From the NCBI RefSeq assembly GCF_964204645.1, contig NC_134026.1:19378150-19442149 (forward strand): a stretch of DNA of 64,000 nucleotides. The letters run 5' to 3'. Shown piece after piece: positions 63,987 through 64,000 of this stretch; the first letter of the stretch is position 1; each line of letters starts with the position of its first letter. Below the pieces are notes generated by a model. That model was not told the origin of the DNA and made no database searches. It worked only from the letters and a program-made list of their open reading frames with translations. Origin of the DNA: Tubulanus polymorphus. Its lineage: Eukaryota > Animalia > Nemertea. A program made the translations under genes and the position numbers.

Positions 63987-64000
63987 GTAAGAATTTCTTT

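Noticed and set aside
6081-64000. FABP + CYP20 + secreted peptides as one biosynthetic or toxin gene cluster
   Set aside because: Proximity alone in an animal genome is not evidence; the genes are separated by an unrelated SH3 locus and no co-expression data are available.

Overview
Eukaryotic, AT-rich, intron-containing DNA from an invertebrate animal, probably a marine lophotrochozoan (inference from gene and repeat content; species not determinable). Splicing by eye gives eight protein-coding loci: (1) the large last exon of a Tantalus-domain (PRR14-like) gene; (2-3) two divergent 4-exon FABP/iLBP paralogues; (4) a minus-strand SH3 protein with a long disordered tail; (5-6) a head-to-head pair of secreted Cys-rich antistasin-like genes that the ORF track largely misses; (7-8) a tandem pair of CYP20A1-like P450 genes, the second cut by the window end, with a relic of a third copy between them. 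Non-coding DNA is dense in non-autonomous elements: Helentron/DINE-like elements with a 154-bp array of CTCF-like motifs, IS3EU-like, Harbinger-like, MULE-like, pogo-like and hAT-like MITEs, and Penelope-like remnants with minimal hammerhead ribozyme motifs. No rRNA, intact tRNA, CRISPR array or autonomous transposase was seen. All gene models and family assignments are manual and have not been checked against databases or RNA.
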